Source: the human T2T-CHM13v2.0 reference genome, Homo sapiens. From it: a stretch of 64,000 bases of DNA. Under the pieces are notes generated by a model. That model was not told the origin of the DNA and did not search any database. It was given only the letters and a program-made list of their open reading frames with translations. A program made the translations under genes and the position numbers. Positions 1-12,409 of the stretch are shown here, in pieces (position 1 is the first letter of the stretch; the number at the start of each line of letters is the position of its first letter). Location: assembly GCF_009914755.1 (NCBI RefSeq), contig NC_060926.1; one strand, 5' to 3'.

Positions 1-14
1 GGTACTATTTTAAG

Positions 15-170
15 CAGTTGACGCATATTAACTCATTTAACTCTCACTATATAGCATTATATTATCCCCACTTTACAGTATAGGAAGTAGGGGTCATGGA
101 GGTTTAGGAATCTACTCAACATCTCACTGTTGATAAAGGCAGAGCTGAGCTTTGAACCCTGGCAGCCCGC
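15..170 (-). mobile_element. MIR SINE fragment
   Basis: attatccccactttacag...ggcagagctgagctttgaaccc resembles the reverse-complement MIR core. Confidence 0.65.
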
Positions 171-354
171 TCCACAAGAATTCATACTCTCCTACAATGC
201 AGAGACTCAACATTCTTGCTGAGAGGACTACCTCACCAGGCAGTCCTCCTCACTCACCAGATATGTATGGCACATTTCTCCTGGTCCTCACAGAGCTATC
301 TAAGAGAAATCCTATGGGCTCTAGGATGAATGCAGGCAGGGCAAGACAAATCCT

Positions 355-648
355 TTTTTTTTTTTTTTTAACAGAATCTTGCTGTCACCCAGGCTGGAGT
401 ACAGCGCTATGATCTCGGCTCACTGCAACCTCAGTCTCCTGGGTTCAAGCAATTCTCCTGCCTCAGCCTCCTGAGTAGATGGGACTACAAGTGCATGCCA
501 CCACATCCAGCTAATTTTTTGTATTTTTTGTAGAGATGGAATTTCACTATGTTGGCCAGGCTGGTATCAAACTCCTGAACTCAAGTTATTCACCTGCCTC
601 GGCCTCCCAAAGTGCTGGGATTACAGGCATGAGCCACTGCACCCCGCC
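355..648 (-). mobile_element. AluS element with target-site duplication (TSD) GACAAATCCT (345-354 and 652-661)
   Basis: Poly-T followed by a full dimeric Alu in antisense; matching flanking direct repeats. Confidence 0.95.
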
Positions 649-1039
649 TAGGACAAATCCTATCTTGTGATTGTAATGCAACTCCAGCTTTGCCCCGAGA
701 GCAGTAGAAATCGTCCAGGAAGCTTCTCTTTTCCAGGAATTTGCAATTACACCAGATTGATGATGAATGGAAGATGGTGATGTTCAGTTGGGCAGAGCCC
801 TTTGAAATAAACAGAGAAACTAGAAAAGCAAAAGCTACGCAGTTTGGAAGTGACATGCAGCTGAACAAAAACTAACTACTAATCCCCCTGGAAAAGAGGT
901 GCTCCTCCAATAAGCATTAACCTAGCTCCTACGTGAAGCTCATTCAACCGGTACTGACTGGGCACCTTCTATATGATTATCTATGTGCTGAAGACCATAA
1001 CAGACGAAAATGATAAGCAAGGAACTTCCCTTTATAATA

Positions 1040-1232
1040 CAGGGAAAACAGCAGAGATTTCATAGCCAGACTAACCTGTGTTTGTAGCCTAGCTTTAACC
1101 ATTTACCTTGAACAAGTTGTTCGACTCCACCAAGCCTCAGTCTCCTCATCTTTAGAATTAATGTGAGAACATCTGGCTCAGAGAAGTGAGATAATTAAAT
1201 GAGAAAAGGTTTCTAGAGCGCCTAGTACAGCT
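1040..1232 (+). mobile_element. MIR SINE
   Basis: ccttgaacaagtt...gcctcagtctcctcatct...attaaatgaga MIR core. Confidence 0.65.
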
Positions 1233-1261
1233 GTAGCCAAAAATTATCAACCCAAGTTCTT

Positions 1262-3010
1262 TTTCCAGGAAGATGGAGTAGACATACTTTTCCGCATTCT
1301 GCCCACTAAGTATAATGAAACTCTGGAAATTATTTATAAAACAAAACAAAAAGGAATGTATTAAAAGCTGAAGGGAAGAAGAAAGATCCACTAGGGACCT
1401 CAGAACCTAAAGACTGACACAGTGGTTAGTTCTCTGGGTTTTCATTTTGCCTCACATATCCAAGACTTGGAGCTGAAGAAGTCTGCAACCTTGGAAACAC
1501 CAAATGGGCACATATATTTAATTCCCAATGAAAGCCTGTTCTCTATAGGCAAAGGACAAGAAAATGGGCAGCCAAGCAAGACATGAAACTCTTGAAAAAT
1601 AACCACTCTATTACAGACAAACACCACAGAAAAACTAATGTGGCTCCCCTATTCTCCACAAGCCAGCAAAGCCCAAGCATGAAGGACAGACTTCCACCCG
1701 CACCAGGCTGTTTAATAAGGTGCACCAAGCCCCCAGCAGGGTGGTATCAGAGGAAGTCTAGTGGAGAGTCAGGACATTCACTAACACCCAGTAATAACAA
1801 ACTTATCCTACCACCATGGTGCCAGGCCAGGTGGAGAACAATAACCAGGAAGTCCTACCACTTCCAGACAGGGAGGTTTCAAAGAGGGCCTACTGGGAAA
1901 TCAACACTCCCACCTCTGCCCAGCAGTACTGGGGAGTTCCCTCACCTTGGTGTCAATGGAAGCCAAGTGGGGAACACGCCCTTATACCCCTACTTGGCAG
2001 TATGAAGCGACACCCTCTTTCCACACCAAAGAATATGAAACAAAATGTTTAAATAAGATTCAGCATTATACTGTAATACCGAGGTTGTTCAGGTTCCAAT
2101 AAAAATCACTTGTCATACTAAATACCAGTAATACCTCAATTGAATGAGAAAAGACAATGAACAGACAAAAAACAAAATGATATACCTATTGGAATTACCT
2201 AGCAAAAATTGTAAGCACCCATGATAAAAATATATTAACAAGCAATTATAAAAACACTAGAAACAAATGAAAAAATAGAAAGTCTCAACACAGGGAGAGA
2301 AGATATAAAGAACTACATAGAAATTTAAAACCGAAAAGTGCAATAACCGAAATTTTAAACTCAATGGATGGTCTCCAAAGTAGAATAAAGGGAACAAAAG
2401 AAAGAATTGTTGAACTTAAAAACATAATAATAGAAATTAAACAACTGAACCACAATGAAAAAAATGCAAACAAACAAACAAAAAAAAAAAAAACAGTGCC
2501 TCAAAGACCTGTGAGACTATAACTAAACATCTAGCAATTATGTCATTGGAATCCCAGAGGGAGAAGAAAGAGGCAGGGTTGAAATGGTACTCAAAGAAAT
2601 AATGAGTGAAACCTCGTATTTGGCAAAAGACATAAACTACAGACTGAAGAAGATGAGCAAGTCTCAAGCCAGATAAACTCAACTAAATCCATGCCAAGAC
2701 ACATCAGAGGCAAAGTTTTGAAAACTAAAGACAAGGAAAAGAATTCTTGAAAGCAGTGAGAGATAAATTACACTTATATCGTAAAAACAAGTTGAATGAT
2801 AGCAGATTTCTCATCAGAAACTAAAGGCTGGAAAACAGTGGCACAGTTTTAAGTGCTGAAAGAAAAGAACTGTCAACGTGGAATCTTATGTACAACAAAA
2901 ATATCCTTCAGGAATGAAGGAAAATCAAGACAGTCTCAAATTAGAAAAAAGAAAAAAAAAAACTAAAAGAATTTGTCACCAGCAGAACTACCCTAAAAGA
3001 ATGGCTAAAG
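1262..3010 (+). mobile_element. Ancient L1M (L1MC/L1MD-like) 5'UTR plus decayed ORF1; host of the L1PA insertion
   Basis: A-rich ORF1 remnants (gatttctcatcagaaac, aaagaatttgtcaccagcagaactaccctaaaagaatggctaaag = EFVTSRTTLKEWLK) ending abruptly at the L1PA 5' end. Confidence 0.8.
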
Positions 3011-3466
3011 GAGGAGGGTGGAGCCAAGACAGCCGAATAGCAACAGCTCCAGTCTACAGCTCCCAGCGTGAATGACGCAGAAGATGGGTGATTTCTGCAT
3101 TTCCAACTGAGGTACCGGGTTCATCTCACTGGGGAGTGCCAGACAGTGCGTGCAGGACAGTGGGGGCAGCACACTGTGCGTGAGCCGAAGCAGGGCGAGG
3201 CATCGCCTCACCCGGGAAGTGCAAGGGGTCAGGGAATTCCCTTTCCTAGTCAAAGAAAGGGGTGACAGATGGCACCTGGAAAATCGGGTCACGCCCACCC
3301 TAATACTGTGCTTTTCCAACGGGCTTAACAAATGGCACACCAGGAGATTATATCCCCCACCTGGCTCGGAGGGTCCTACACTCACAGAGCCTCGCTCATT
3401 GCTAGCACAGCAGTCTGAGATCAAACGGCAAGGTGGCAGCGAGGCTGGGGGAGGGGCGCCCGCCAT
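3005..3466 (-). CDS. L1 antisense ORF0-like frame (153 aa, extended)
   Basis: Begins MAGAPPPASLPPC..LISDCCASN, the primate L1 ORF0 N-terminus, inside the 5'UTR. Confidence 0.7.
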   Translation of the reverse strand: MAGAPPPASLPPCRLISDCCASNERGSVSVGPSEPGGGYNLLVCHLLSPLEKHSIRVGVTRFSRCHLSPLSLTRKGNSLTPCTSRVRRCLALLRLTHSVLPPLSCTHCLALPSEMNPVPQLEMQKSPIFCVIHAGSCRLELLLFGCLGSTLLL

Positions 3467-5686
3467 TGCTCAGGCTTGAGTAGGTAAACAAAGCAGCTGG
3501 GAAGGTTGAACTGGGTGGAGCCCACCACAGCTCAAGGAGGCCTGCCTGCCCCTGTAGGCTCCACCTCTGGGGGCAGGGCACAGACACACAAAAGGCAGCA
3601 ATAACTTCTGCAGACTTAAATGTCCCTGTCTGACAGCTTTGAAGAGAGTAGTGGTTCTCCCAGCACACAGCTTGAGATCTGAGAACAGACAGACTGCCTC
3701 CTCAAGTGGGTGCCTGACCCCCGAGTAGCCTAACTGGGAGGCACCCCCCAGTAGGGGCAGACTGACACCTTACACGGCCAGGTACTCCTCTGAGATAAAA
3801 CTTCCAGAGGAACAATCAGACAGCAGCATTTGTGGTTCACCAATATCCACTGTTCTGCAGCCACCACTGCTGATACCCAGGCAAACAGGGTCTGGAGTGG
3901 ACCTCCAGTAAACTCCAACGGACCTGCAGCTGAGAGTCCTGACTGTTAGAAGGAAAACTAACAAACAGAAAGGACATCCACACCAAAAACTCATCTGTAC
4001 GTCACCATCATCAAAGACCAAAGGTAGATAAAACCACAAAGATGGGGAAAAAACAGAGCAGAAAAACTGGAAACTCTAAAAATCAGAGCACCTCTCCTCT
4101 TCCAAAGGAACGCAGCTCCTCACCAGCAATGGAACAAAGCTGGATGGAGAATGACTTTGACGAGTTGAGAGAGGAAGGCTTCAGAAGATCAAACTACTCC
4201 AAGCTAAAGGAGGAAGTTCGAACCAATAGCAAAGAAGTTAAAAACTTTGAAAAAAAATTAGATGAATGGATAACTAGAATAACCAATGCAGAGAAGTCCT
4301 TAAAGGACCTGATGGAGCTGAAAACCATGGCACAAGAACTACGTGATGAATGCACAAGCCTCAGTAACCGATGCGATCAACTGGAAGAAAGGGTATCAGC
4401 GATGGAAGATGAAATGAATGAAATGAAGCGTGAAGAGAAGTTTAGAGAAAAAAGAAATGAACAAAGCCTCCAAGAAATATGGAACTATGTGAAAAGACCA
4501 AATCTACATCTCATTAGTGTACCTGAAAGTGATGGGGAGAATGGAACCAAGTTGGAAAACACTCTGCAGGATATTATCCAGGAGAACTTCCCCAATCTAG
4601 CAAGGCAAGCCAACATTCAGATTCAGGAAATACAGAGAACGCCACAAAGATACTCCTCGAGAAGAGCAACTCCAAGACACATAATTGTCAGATTCATCAA
4701 AGTTGAAATGAAGGAAAAAATGTTAAGGGCAGCCAGAGAGAAAGGTCAGGTTACCCACAAAGGGAAGCCCATCAGACTAACAGCTGATCTCTCAGCAGAA
4801 ACTCTACAAGCCAGAAGAGAGTGGGGGACAATATTCAACATTCTTAAAGAAAATAATTTTCAACCCAGAATTGCATATCCAGCCAAACTAAGCTTCATAA
4901 GTGAAGGAGAAATAAAATCCTTTACAGACAAGCAAATGCTGAGAGATTTTGCCGCCACCAGACCTGCCCTAAAAGAGCTCCTGAAGGAAGCACTAAACAT
5001 GGAAAGGAACAACTGGTACCAGCCACTGTAAAAACATGCCAAATTGTAAAGGCCATCAAGGCTAGGAAGAAACTGCATCAACTAACGAGCAAAATAACCA
5101 GCTAACATCATCATGACAGGATCAAATTCACCCATAACAATACTAACCTTAAATGTAAATGGGCTAAATGCTCCAATTAAAAGGCACAGACTGGCAAATT
5201 GGATAAAGAGTCAAGACCCACCAGTATGCTGTATTCAGGAAACCCATCTCACGTGCAGAGACACACATAGGCTCACAATAAAGGGATGGAGGAAGATCTA
5301 CCAAGCAAATGGAAAAAAAAAGAAGGCAGGGGTTGCAATCCTAGTCTTGGATAAAACAGATTTCAAACCAACAAAGATCAAAAGAGACAAAGAAGGCCAT
5401 TACATAATGATAAAGGGATCAATTCAACAAGAAGAACTAACTATCCTAAATATATATGCACCCAATACAGGAGCACCCAGATTCATAAAGCAAGTCCTTA
5501 GTGACCTACAAAAAGACTTAGACTCCCACACAATAATAATGGGAGACTTTAACACCCCACTGTCAACATTAGATAGATCAACGAGACAGAAAGTTAACAA
5601 GGATATCCAGGAATTGCACTCAGCTCTGCACCAAGCAGACCTAACAGACACCTACAGAACTCTCCACCCCAAATCAACAGAATATA
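3011..5686 (+). mobile_element. L1PA (about L1PA3-L1PA5) 5' portion: full 5'UTR, ORF1 and the start of ORF2; 3'-truncated at 5686
   Basis: Starts gaggagggtggagccaag. The ~1030-nt 5'UTR keeps the ~129-nt segment lost in younger L1s. L1 homology stops at ...caacagaatata with no poly-A tail. Confidence 0.97.
4042..5031 (+). CDS. LINE-1 ORF1p, near-intact (329 aa; 3-aa deletion, premature stop removing the last 6 aa)
   Basis: MGKKQSRKTGNSKNQS..., coiled coil, RRM (RPNLHLI), ARREW and YPAKLS motifs. Confidence 0.9.
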   Translation: MGKKQSRKTGNSKNQSTSPLPKERSSSPAMEQSWMENDFDELREEGFRRSNYSKLKEEVRTNSKEVKNFEKKLDEWITRITNAEKSLKDLMELKTMAQELRDECTSLSNRCDQLEERVSAMEDEMNEMKREEKFREKRNEQSLQEIWNYVKRPNLHLISVPESDGENGTKLENTLQDIIQENFPNLARQANIQIQEIQRTPQRYSSRRATPRHIIVRFIKVEMKEKMLRAAREKGQVTHKGKPIRLTADLSAETLQARREWGTIFNILKENNFQPRIAYPAKLSFISEGEIKSFTDKQMLRDFAATRPALKELLKEALNMERNNWYQPL

Positions 5687-5808
5687 AACCCGTTCGAGAG
5701 CCATCTGATGGGCAGGCCAGGGCTGACAGAGGTGAGCGGCCATGGCAGCAGCACCCGGAGGAGAGGGGTCAGGTTTGGGATGTGTCGGAGGTGGAGCACC
5801 AGGATTAA
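5113..5808 (+). pseudogene. Truncated L1 ORF2p endonuclease (about aa 1-191) fused in frame to about 40 codons of flanking non-L1 DNA
   Basis: [23 protein letters not shown] and GDFNTPL present; lacks the D205/H230 region. Confidence 0.85.
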
Positions 5809-6270
5809 CTTCACATGGAGATGAAAGAGAGCAGGGACTCAAGGATGATTCCTGCCTCTGACCTCGCTCCTTGGTGGATAACAACGCCAACAGCCAAGAC
5901 ATGGAGGGCTGGAGAGGAGCAGTTCAGGCATGAGGTTTTCAGATGCTGACTAGACATCAGGCAGAGAGCCACAAGATCAGTGCTCCGTAGAGGACGCCCT
6001 AACCCAGGGGAGAGGTCGGAGGTGGGGAAGCACACTGGAGAGTTATCTGCACACATCCACATGCAGTCACAGGATCACAGGACACCGTCTAGGAGAAGGT
6101 GCCATAGAAAAGAGGGTGAAGGATTGTGTCCCAGACACACCGACATTTAGAGTCTGGACTTAGGCAGAACAGCTCACAGCAGAGGCAGGCGAACGTGGAA
6201 GAGCTGGAAGAGTGTGGTGAGACTCATACGGCAAAAGCTGTTGAACAGTGTAACCTCATCCCAAGAACTG
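5687..6270 (-). mobile_element. L2 LINE relic abutting the L1 breakpoint
   Basis: actcaaggatgattcc, gttttcagatgctgactagacatc and ggagaggtcggaggtgg resemble antisense L2. Confidence 0.55.
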
Positions 6271-7404
6271 CAGAATTGGAGTCCCAGAAAGTTTCCATAC
6301 ACACAAAAAAAGGTTAGATAATATTTTCTTCTAATAGAAAAATAGTTAATGCCTCATCAAATGTAAAGTAGTCACATCAAATAATTATGCTGCCATAGAG
6401 AAGGATGTATATTTTACTTTTTTTTTTACTTTAAAGCTCAAATGGTTTAGTATAATTTATGGGGCAATTTCTTTGAGAGTATTGCGAGTTAGCCAAGGAA
6501 TTCCGAAATATTCATCAAGAGTTTTCTTTGTTTTAAATGTAGAAAGTCCAGCTGTAATTGCCCTTGTGAAACTTCTTGCACAGAATAAGAAGTTAAAAAT
6601 TGATTAGAGTTTGGTCAAGGGGAGATAGAGTAGTTGGCAATCAAAGATACTTTTTAACATGATATTAAATGTTGAACAGTATCAAATAATTTATAAATAA
6701 GAAAAGCTGAGAACATACACAAATGAGAAAGAAAAAGGACAAAGCAGAAGTACAAGTTTAAAGGTTGAGACAAAATCAAACTGAAGTTACACCTACTGCT
6801 CTTTCAAGTATCATGGAGAGAAACAAACTAAAGTCCTGAGTGAAATTTCCACATGTTTTCTGTTTTCCTCCTGGAGTCCTCATTTACAAGAGGGGTGTAT
6901 ATGACTAAAAGATAAACAGAGGACACCTGCTGTCAGGAATGCATTTCAGAAGCATCTCCCAGGTCTCTGTGCCCCGCCTGGCCCAGCCTTCTGTGACTTC
7001 TCAGTCCACGTTGGCAATCAGGGACGTGAAACACAGTGTCCATCCCTGCCCGTGGTGACAAGCACAGGTGCCTCCCACCAGCCTGCTGACTCAAACCCCA
7101 TTCCTAATGTCATTGAGCTGTGTGCAATCCAACACGCATGGCATTCAAAGTACTCTCAAATTGGGTGTTAAATCTATAATCGGGCCTTAAAACTGTGTTC
7201 TCCCCAACATAAGCCGTGTGCTTTGCCACATTACTGACACTATGTGAAAAAGTAACAGAGAGGGCAAGCCCGTTTATTGCTGTGCCAAAAACAGCCCATG
7301 AAGATTTAAGTTCTGCAATGACCACAGGCCCCTAATGAGGAAGCACCAGGGTCGCTTAAGTCAGAGCACGAAGGGAAACCCTCGCTGCACTAGAAGCCGC
7401 TAGG

Positions 7405-7870
7405 CAGCCCCTGCCCTGTGCTGTGTGGGGCTGCACCTGGGTCCTCGCCTCGCCTCCCAGCACCTCTGCTCAGCTCCTGTCCTCAGTGTCTCTTCCCAGC
7501 CCCTGCCCTGCACTGTGTGGGGCCGCACCTGTGTCCTCGCCTCGCCTCCCAGCACCTCTGCTCAGCTCCTGTCCTCAGTGTCTCCTCCCAACCCCTGCCC
7601 TGCGCTGTGTGGGGCTGCACCTGTGTCCTCACCTCGCCTCCCAGCACTTCTGCTCAGCTCCTGTCCTCAGCGTCTCCTCCCAACCCCTGCCCTGCGCTGT
7701 GTGGGGCCGCACCTGTGTCCTCACCTCGCCTCCCAGCACCTCTGCTCAACTCCTGTCCTCAGCGTCTCCTCCCAGCCCCTGCCCTGCACTGTATGGGGCC
7801 GAACCTGGGTCCTTGCCTCCCAGCACCTCTGCTCAGCTCCTGTCCTCAGCGTCTTCTCCCAGCCCCTGCC
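7405..7870. repeat. 92-bp VNTR, about 5 copies
   Basis: Unit starts at 7405, 7497, 7589, 7681 and 7773, then 7860 (the fifth unit is 87 bp). Confidence 0.95.
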
Positions 7871-8639
7871 GCTGTCTTCGCCTGTCCTTACTGCCTTTGT
7901 TGGGGCTACTGCATGCAGCCCGACAATGCCCACATGGCCAGGCCACCCCTTCTTCCTACACATGCTGGCACAGAGGCCTTCTAAAGATACACCTGACCTT
8001 ATCACTTCCCTACCGAAAGCCTTTCACTGGGCCCCTGTTGCCCAGCGCAGGGGTCCGAGAGCCCTCGCTGTAAGGGCCAGAGAGGATGTATTTCGGCTTT
8101 GCCACCCTGCAGTCTCCGTCGCGGTGACTCAGCTCTGCCATGGCAGCATGAGAGCAGCATGCAGCAGCCTCACTGTGCTCCCCAAGAATGCTGTGAAAGC
8201 TGGGCTGGGCTGCGCTGGCCAGTGGGTCACTGTCCACCAGCCGCTGACCTGAAGGATAAAGCCTCATCTCTCCGTCCCAGGGTGTGAGGTGTTTGGTGCA
8301 CAGTGTTGGAGGTCTCCCAGCAGAACGTGAAAGGTGGTCAGGAGGCCGCGCCTGGGGGCAGAAGCCAGAAGTCACCTCTGCACCTTCCTGCATGCCGCTG
8401 CAGGCCCAGCGCTGCCTACAGACAGGAAGCCTGTCACAAAAGGCCCCATGTCACCTCCCTGATGCCCTTTGCATGTGACGTCCCAGCCCCAGTAGCCCTC
8501 GCCTCATCCCCTCCCTCACCGGTTTCATGCCTGCTCCCTGCACCCTGCACTTCTAATCACGATCCACCTGAAAAGCATCACAGGCCCTGTCAGGCCACAC
8601 CTGTACCTCACACAGGCTTAGCAGGGTTCGCCAAGCAGA

Positions 8640-10400
8640 GCTGAGTGGCCGCTTAGCTGAGCCTTAAAACCCATTCTGTCATCTAAGCAGGCTCTCTGGT
8701 TCCAGGTGGTTCCAGGTGGTAGGCTGTATGGTAAGCCCACATGCCGGCCACATACCCACAGCTGCACCTCCTTCACCACAAAATTGGCACCTAGGTCCGA
8801 CCCACATTCAACAAGATCACCTTTTGGTTAATCAGGCATTCTGTTACCCTTCAGCTTCGTGAGCCGACAGAGGCACTGTGAGCATAAAAGGCAATATCGT
8901 ATCCAGAGCATGTGAACACTCGAGTGAAAACCAGTCATTGATTTCCCCCTCCCCAAATCTGGAAAGGGTTCTACCCACGCGGTGCTGTTGAGATGACGCC
9001 GCCTCCTCCTCCAGGACTCCTGTGGATCCCTGCAATGAGCAGGCCAGGCATGCAGCAGTCGTGGGTAGATCAGCCGTGGTGAGAAGGACCCGTGGTGTTG
9101 GGCCAGGCACAGCCTCAACCCCTGCCATTTTGGTTCCTCCACCTTGGGGCAGCCCACTGGGCAGCCCCGGACAGAGGCCGGCCCATCGCCCTGGTCCCGA
9201 AGCCTCTTTAGCAAATGTGCTTTCTGGTGGGTGGTGCGTGTCCCGTGAGACTTACAGACCTGCACGCTGTGCACCCCCGCGGCCTTTCCCAGACCACCTC
9301 CATTTCCTGACCTTCCTGCCAGGCTCTGACCAAACAGCTGGACCATTCATCACTGCCCAAGATCCTGCATACCTTTCCCGAAGGCCCCTTCTCGCTTCAC
9401 ACAGCAAAGGCCCAATGTGCTGCTTCAAGCCCCATCCCTGGGGTGACCGGCTGCAAACAGGGCCTGTTCCTGTCACTGGCTATGGGGAACTGGGATGGAA
9501 CCACTATTGTGAGTTGGTAGAGAAGGTGTCGGGCGCCAGCCCGGGGACCTGACCCCCCTGATCCATCAACTCACTTCTGCTCCATGGCCCTGCGCAGGCC
9601 CAACCCCAAAGGTAGATTATTCACTATGTGGTAAATCGTGGCTGCCCCTAGCCCCTTAGACTTGTTGTGTCTGAGAAAATCCAGCTCACAAAGGCAAGAG
9701 CCAGCCATGGCCACCCATATTCTATGGGGAGCCCTCAGTATCTACCAGAGCCCAGTAGCCTGCTAGGAGCATCTATTCCATGGCAAATGGTTCTCTGGCC
9801 CATGGGGAGCCCTCAGTATCTACCAGAGCCCAGTAGCCTGCTAGGGGCTTCTTTTCCATGGCGAATGGTTCTCTGGCGCAGAAGGTGTAACTCTGCTTTG
9901 AAAACCGGGGGGTCTAGGCCATGACTCCCTCCTGGGCTTGCTACAGGACCCACTCCAGAGCAAACCTCTCTGCCAGGCTACACCCATCCCCGGTGCGTCC
10001 ACGGGTTCCCGGCCTGAGTGTCAGTACAGCTGACACAGTGGCCTCGCCCTGCAGCAGAGCCTCCTCAGCCTTCAGCCCTCCGCACAGATGAGTCAAATCA
10101 TTATTTCCAGGGACAGTTCTGTGCTTCTGAGTGGTAAGAGGTACAAGGTACAATAATTTGTCTTTTACCTTGAAAGGACTGTCCCAGCATGTCCCGGACC
10201 CTCGCATGTGAAACCTCGCTCTGACATGGGGGGAGTCTGAGTCTTTGCAGGGTCGGCCTGGGCTCCTCTGGCATGCGTGGTCTCACCAGGACCCCCAGAA
10301 CACCTGCCTGTTGTTCTCCAGGTCCAGTTAGCCTGGTGTTGTCAACTTAGGGGGACCCAAGAGACTGCAGCAGCAGGTCCAGGCCACTGCACCCTGTTGA
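8640..10400 (-). mobile_element. Decayed ERVL internal sequence (pol/integrase relic)
   Basis: Minus-strand translation CWDSPFKVKDKLLYLVPLTTQK and EEALLQGEATVSAVLTLRP resemble HERV-L pol (DIPSKVKDKLLHLAPPTTKK; EKALQQVQAAVQAALPLGP); integrase-like remnant near 8650-8740. Confidence 0.75.
9724..9879. repeat. 78-bp tandem duplication inside the ERVL relic
   Basis: atggggagccctcagtatctaccagagcccagtagcctgctagg at 9724 and 9802. Confidence 0.9.
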
Positions 10401-11109
10401 TTGCTTTATGACAGAGAGCAAGAGAGTTAACGCGGCCTGTGGGTAAGACAGTCAGGACCGCTGGTGCTCTCGGGGTGAGGCGGCATCAGAGGAAGGGAGT
10501 CGGTGCCCGAGAAAGGCTGAAATCAGAAGTGATGTCAAGAGCCTGTGAGCTGGGCGCAGCGGTATCTTCACGCCACACCTCCTGGAAAGCTCCGTGTCGA
10601 AACATGCTGACTTCTCCCTCTTCCGCATTCCACTGCCCTGTTTCCATGTGCGTTTCCGTGACCTCACCCAGTGTGCTATGGTTTTGTGTTTGCACATCAG
10701 TCTTTTCCTCACGATGGATGCTCCGTGGGGGTCAGGATCCATGAATGTGTCCCCTCACCCTCACCCACCACCTTCAGCAGTGCCTGCACAAATTAAAGAT
10801 TCAATCAAAGATGGTTGCATTAAATTGAAATGTATAAATTATCTGGATCAATACTCACAAAAGCAGCTGACTAAGGATACTTACTTATCAAAGGAAGGAT
10901 ATTATGTTTAAATGTAATAGAAAATGCTATGAGGCATGAGATGACCAAATCAAGGCTTTTCAATCCGCCTGGTTAACCTCGTGGAGTCTAGTTGGTGCCA
11001 GTTACATGCTAGCTATTAGCAAAACAACAACAAAATACCACCTCCTTTAAATTGATTTGATTCTAGAATGTGCATGTTAATAATATCACCCACTGTTCAA
11101 CTACTGGGC

Positions 11110-11765
11110 AGATATTTGTTGAGTCCCTACTGTGCGCCTGGCTTTATGGTAGGTGTAGCGGGTAGAACAAGTAGCAAAATCCCGTCTCTGCCTTCTTGAA
11201 CTCATGTTCTAGGTACCCAGCAAGTGAATTAAATAGCAAATTTAAGAAGTGGTCAGTTCTGTAAGTCCTGTGTATCATTGAGTAGGATAGGGGGATTCGT
11301 CATGTAGGAGGTTTGAGGGTTGGAATTTGCAAGGAGCATTGCGGACAGGCCCGTGGAGGTGGCAATGGGGTTGTGGTATGAACCACGACTTGGAAGAGGC
11401 TGTGGCATAGCATGGGGTGAGGAGGACGTGCTTCCCGAGGTAGAGGCAGGACCAGGGCCAGCCTCAGGTGTGAGAGACGGCCGAGTTCGGGCAACAGCCG
11501 GGAGTCCACTGCATTTGGTGGGGTGTCAGTCAGGAGAGGACCCCCTGGGGTGACCAGGGCACAGAGGGTTTAGGGTCTCCCAGCCCGTGTGAGAACGTGG
11601 GCTTTCACTCCAAGTGTCATTCCAATGGGCTCCTCTGGCTGCTGAGAGGCACAAGTGCACATGACAAACAGAGGATGCTGAGCCCATCCAGGTGAGGCCC
11701 ACAGGGACAGACATGTTGACAGTGGCTGTATTTGCATTCTAGATATATTTTGAAGTCACGGCCAA
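11110..11765 (-). mobile_element. L2 relic
   Basis: atatttgttgagtccctactgtgcgcctggc is the antisense L2 3' end; L2-like body follows. Confidence 0.6.
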
Positions 11766-12409
11766 CAGTCTTTGTGGAAATTATTCCGTCAAAAAATAAA
11801 AGTCTGTACTACAAAACTTAAGGATTCTACTCCTAAATCAAACTGTGCCCCCCAAAACCCCCTTAAGAGAAAACAGCTCTCAGAGCTTCACAGCCCCCAG
11901 GAGACCAGGTGGCCTGATGCCCACTTCACATGAGATCGTGAAAGACAATGGGTGAAGAAAGACCTCCCAGGGCAGAGACGGTGGACCAGGGCATCAGACC
12001 AGGAACAGAGGGGCCTGTGTTTCTTTTGTAATGTGGCACATTGCCTTGCAACTGGACACTTCGTTTCCTGACCCCCTCACAGCTACGGGTGCTTGTGTCA
12101 AATTCTGGCCAATGGGCCCTGGGGAAATGTGGGTGCATATTCCAGGCCAGGCCCTTTCAGGGAGAAAGGTGCCCCCCTGTTTTCTCTCTTCTTCCCGTGG
12201 GCTGGGCTTCAGCCTGAAGGTGGGAGCTGGAGTGGCCAGGTGGACCACAGGTGTCAGCCTGTGTCATTTGGGGTCACAGTTGAGAGACCTGGGTCCCAAA
12301 CGATGCTGGAGTTGCCATGTCAACCCAAACTGCATAGTCGGACTGAAATGTATTCATTTCTATTTTGTTCAGGCGCTATTATTTTGGGTCTCTGACGGTT
12401 AATCCTACC

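Noticed and set aside
7418-8252. Three overlapping Pro/Cys/Ser-rich ORFs
   Set aside because: Generated by the 92-bp VNTR
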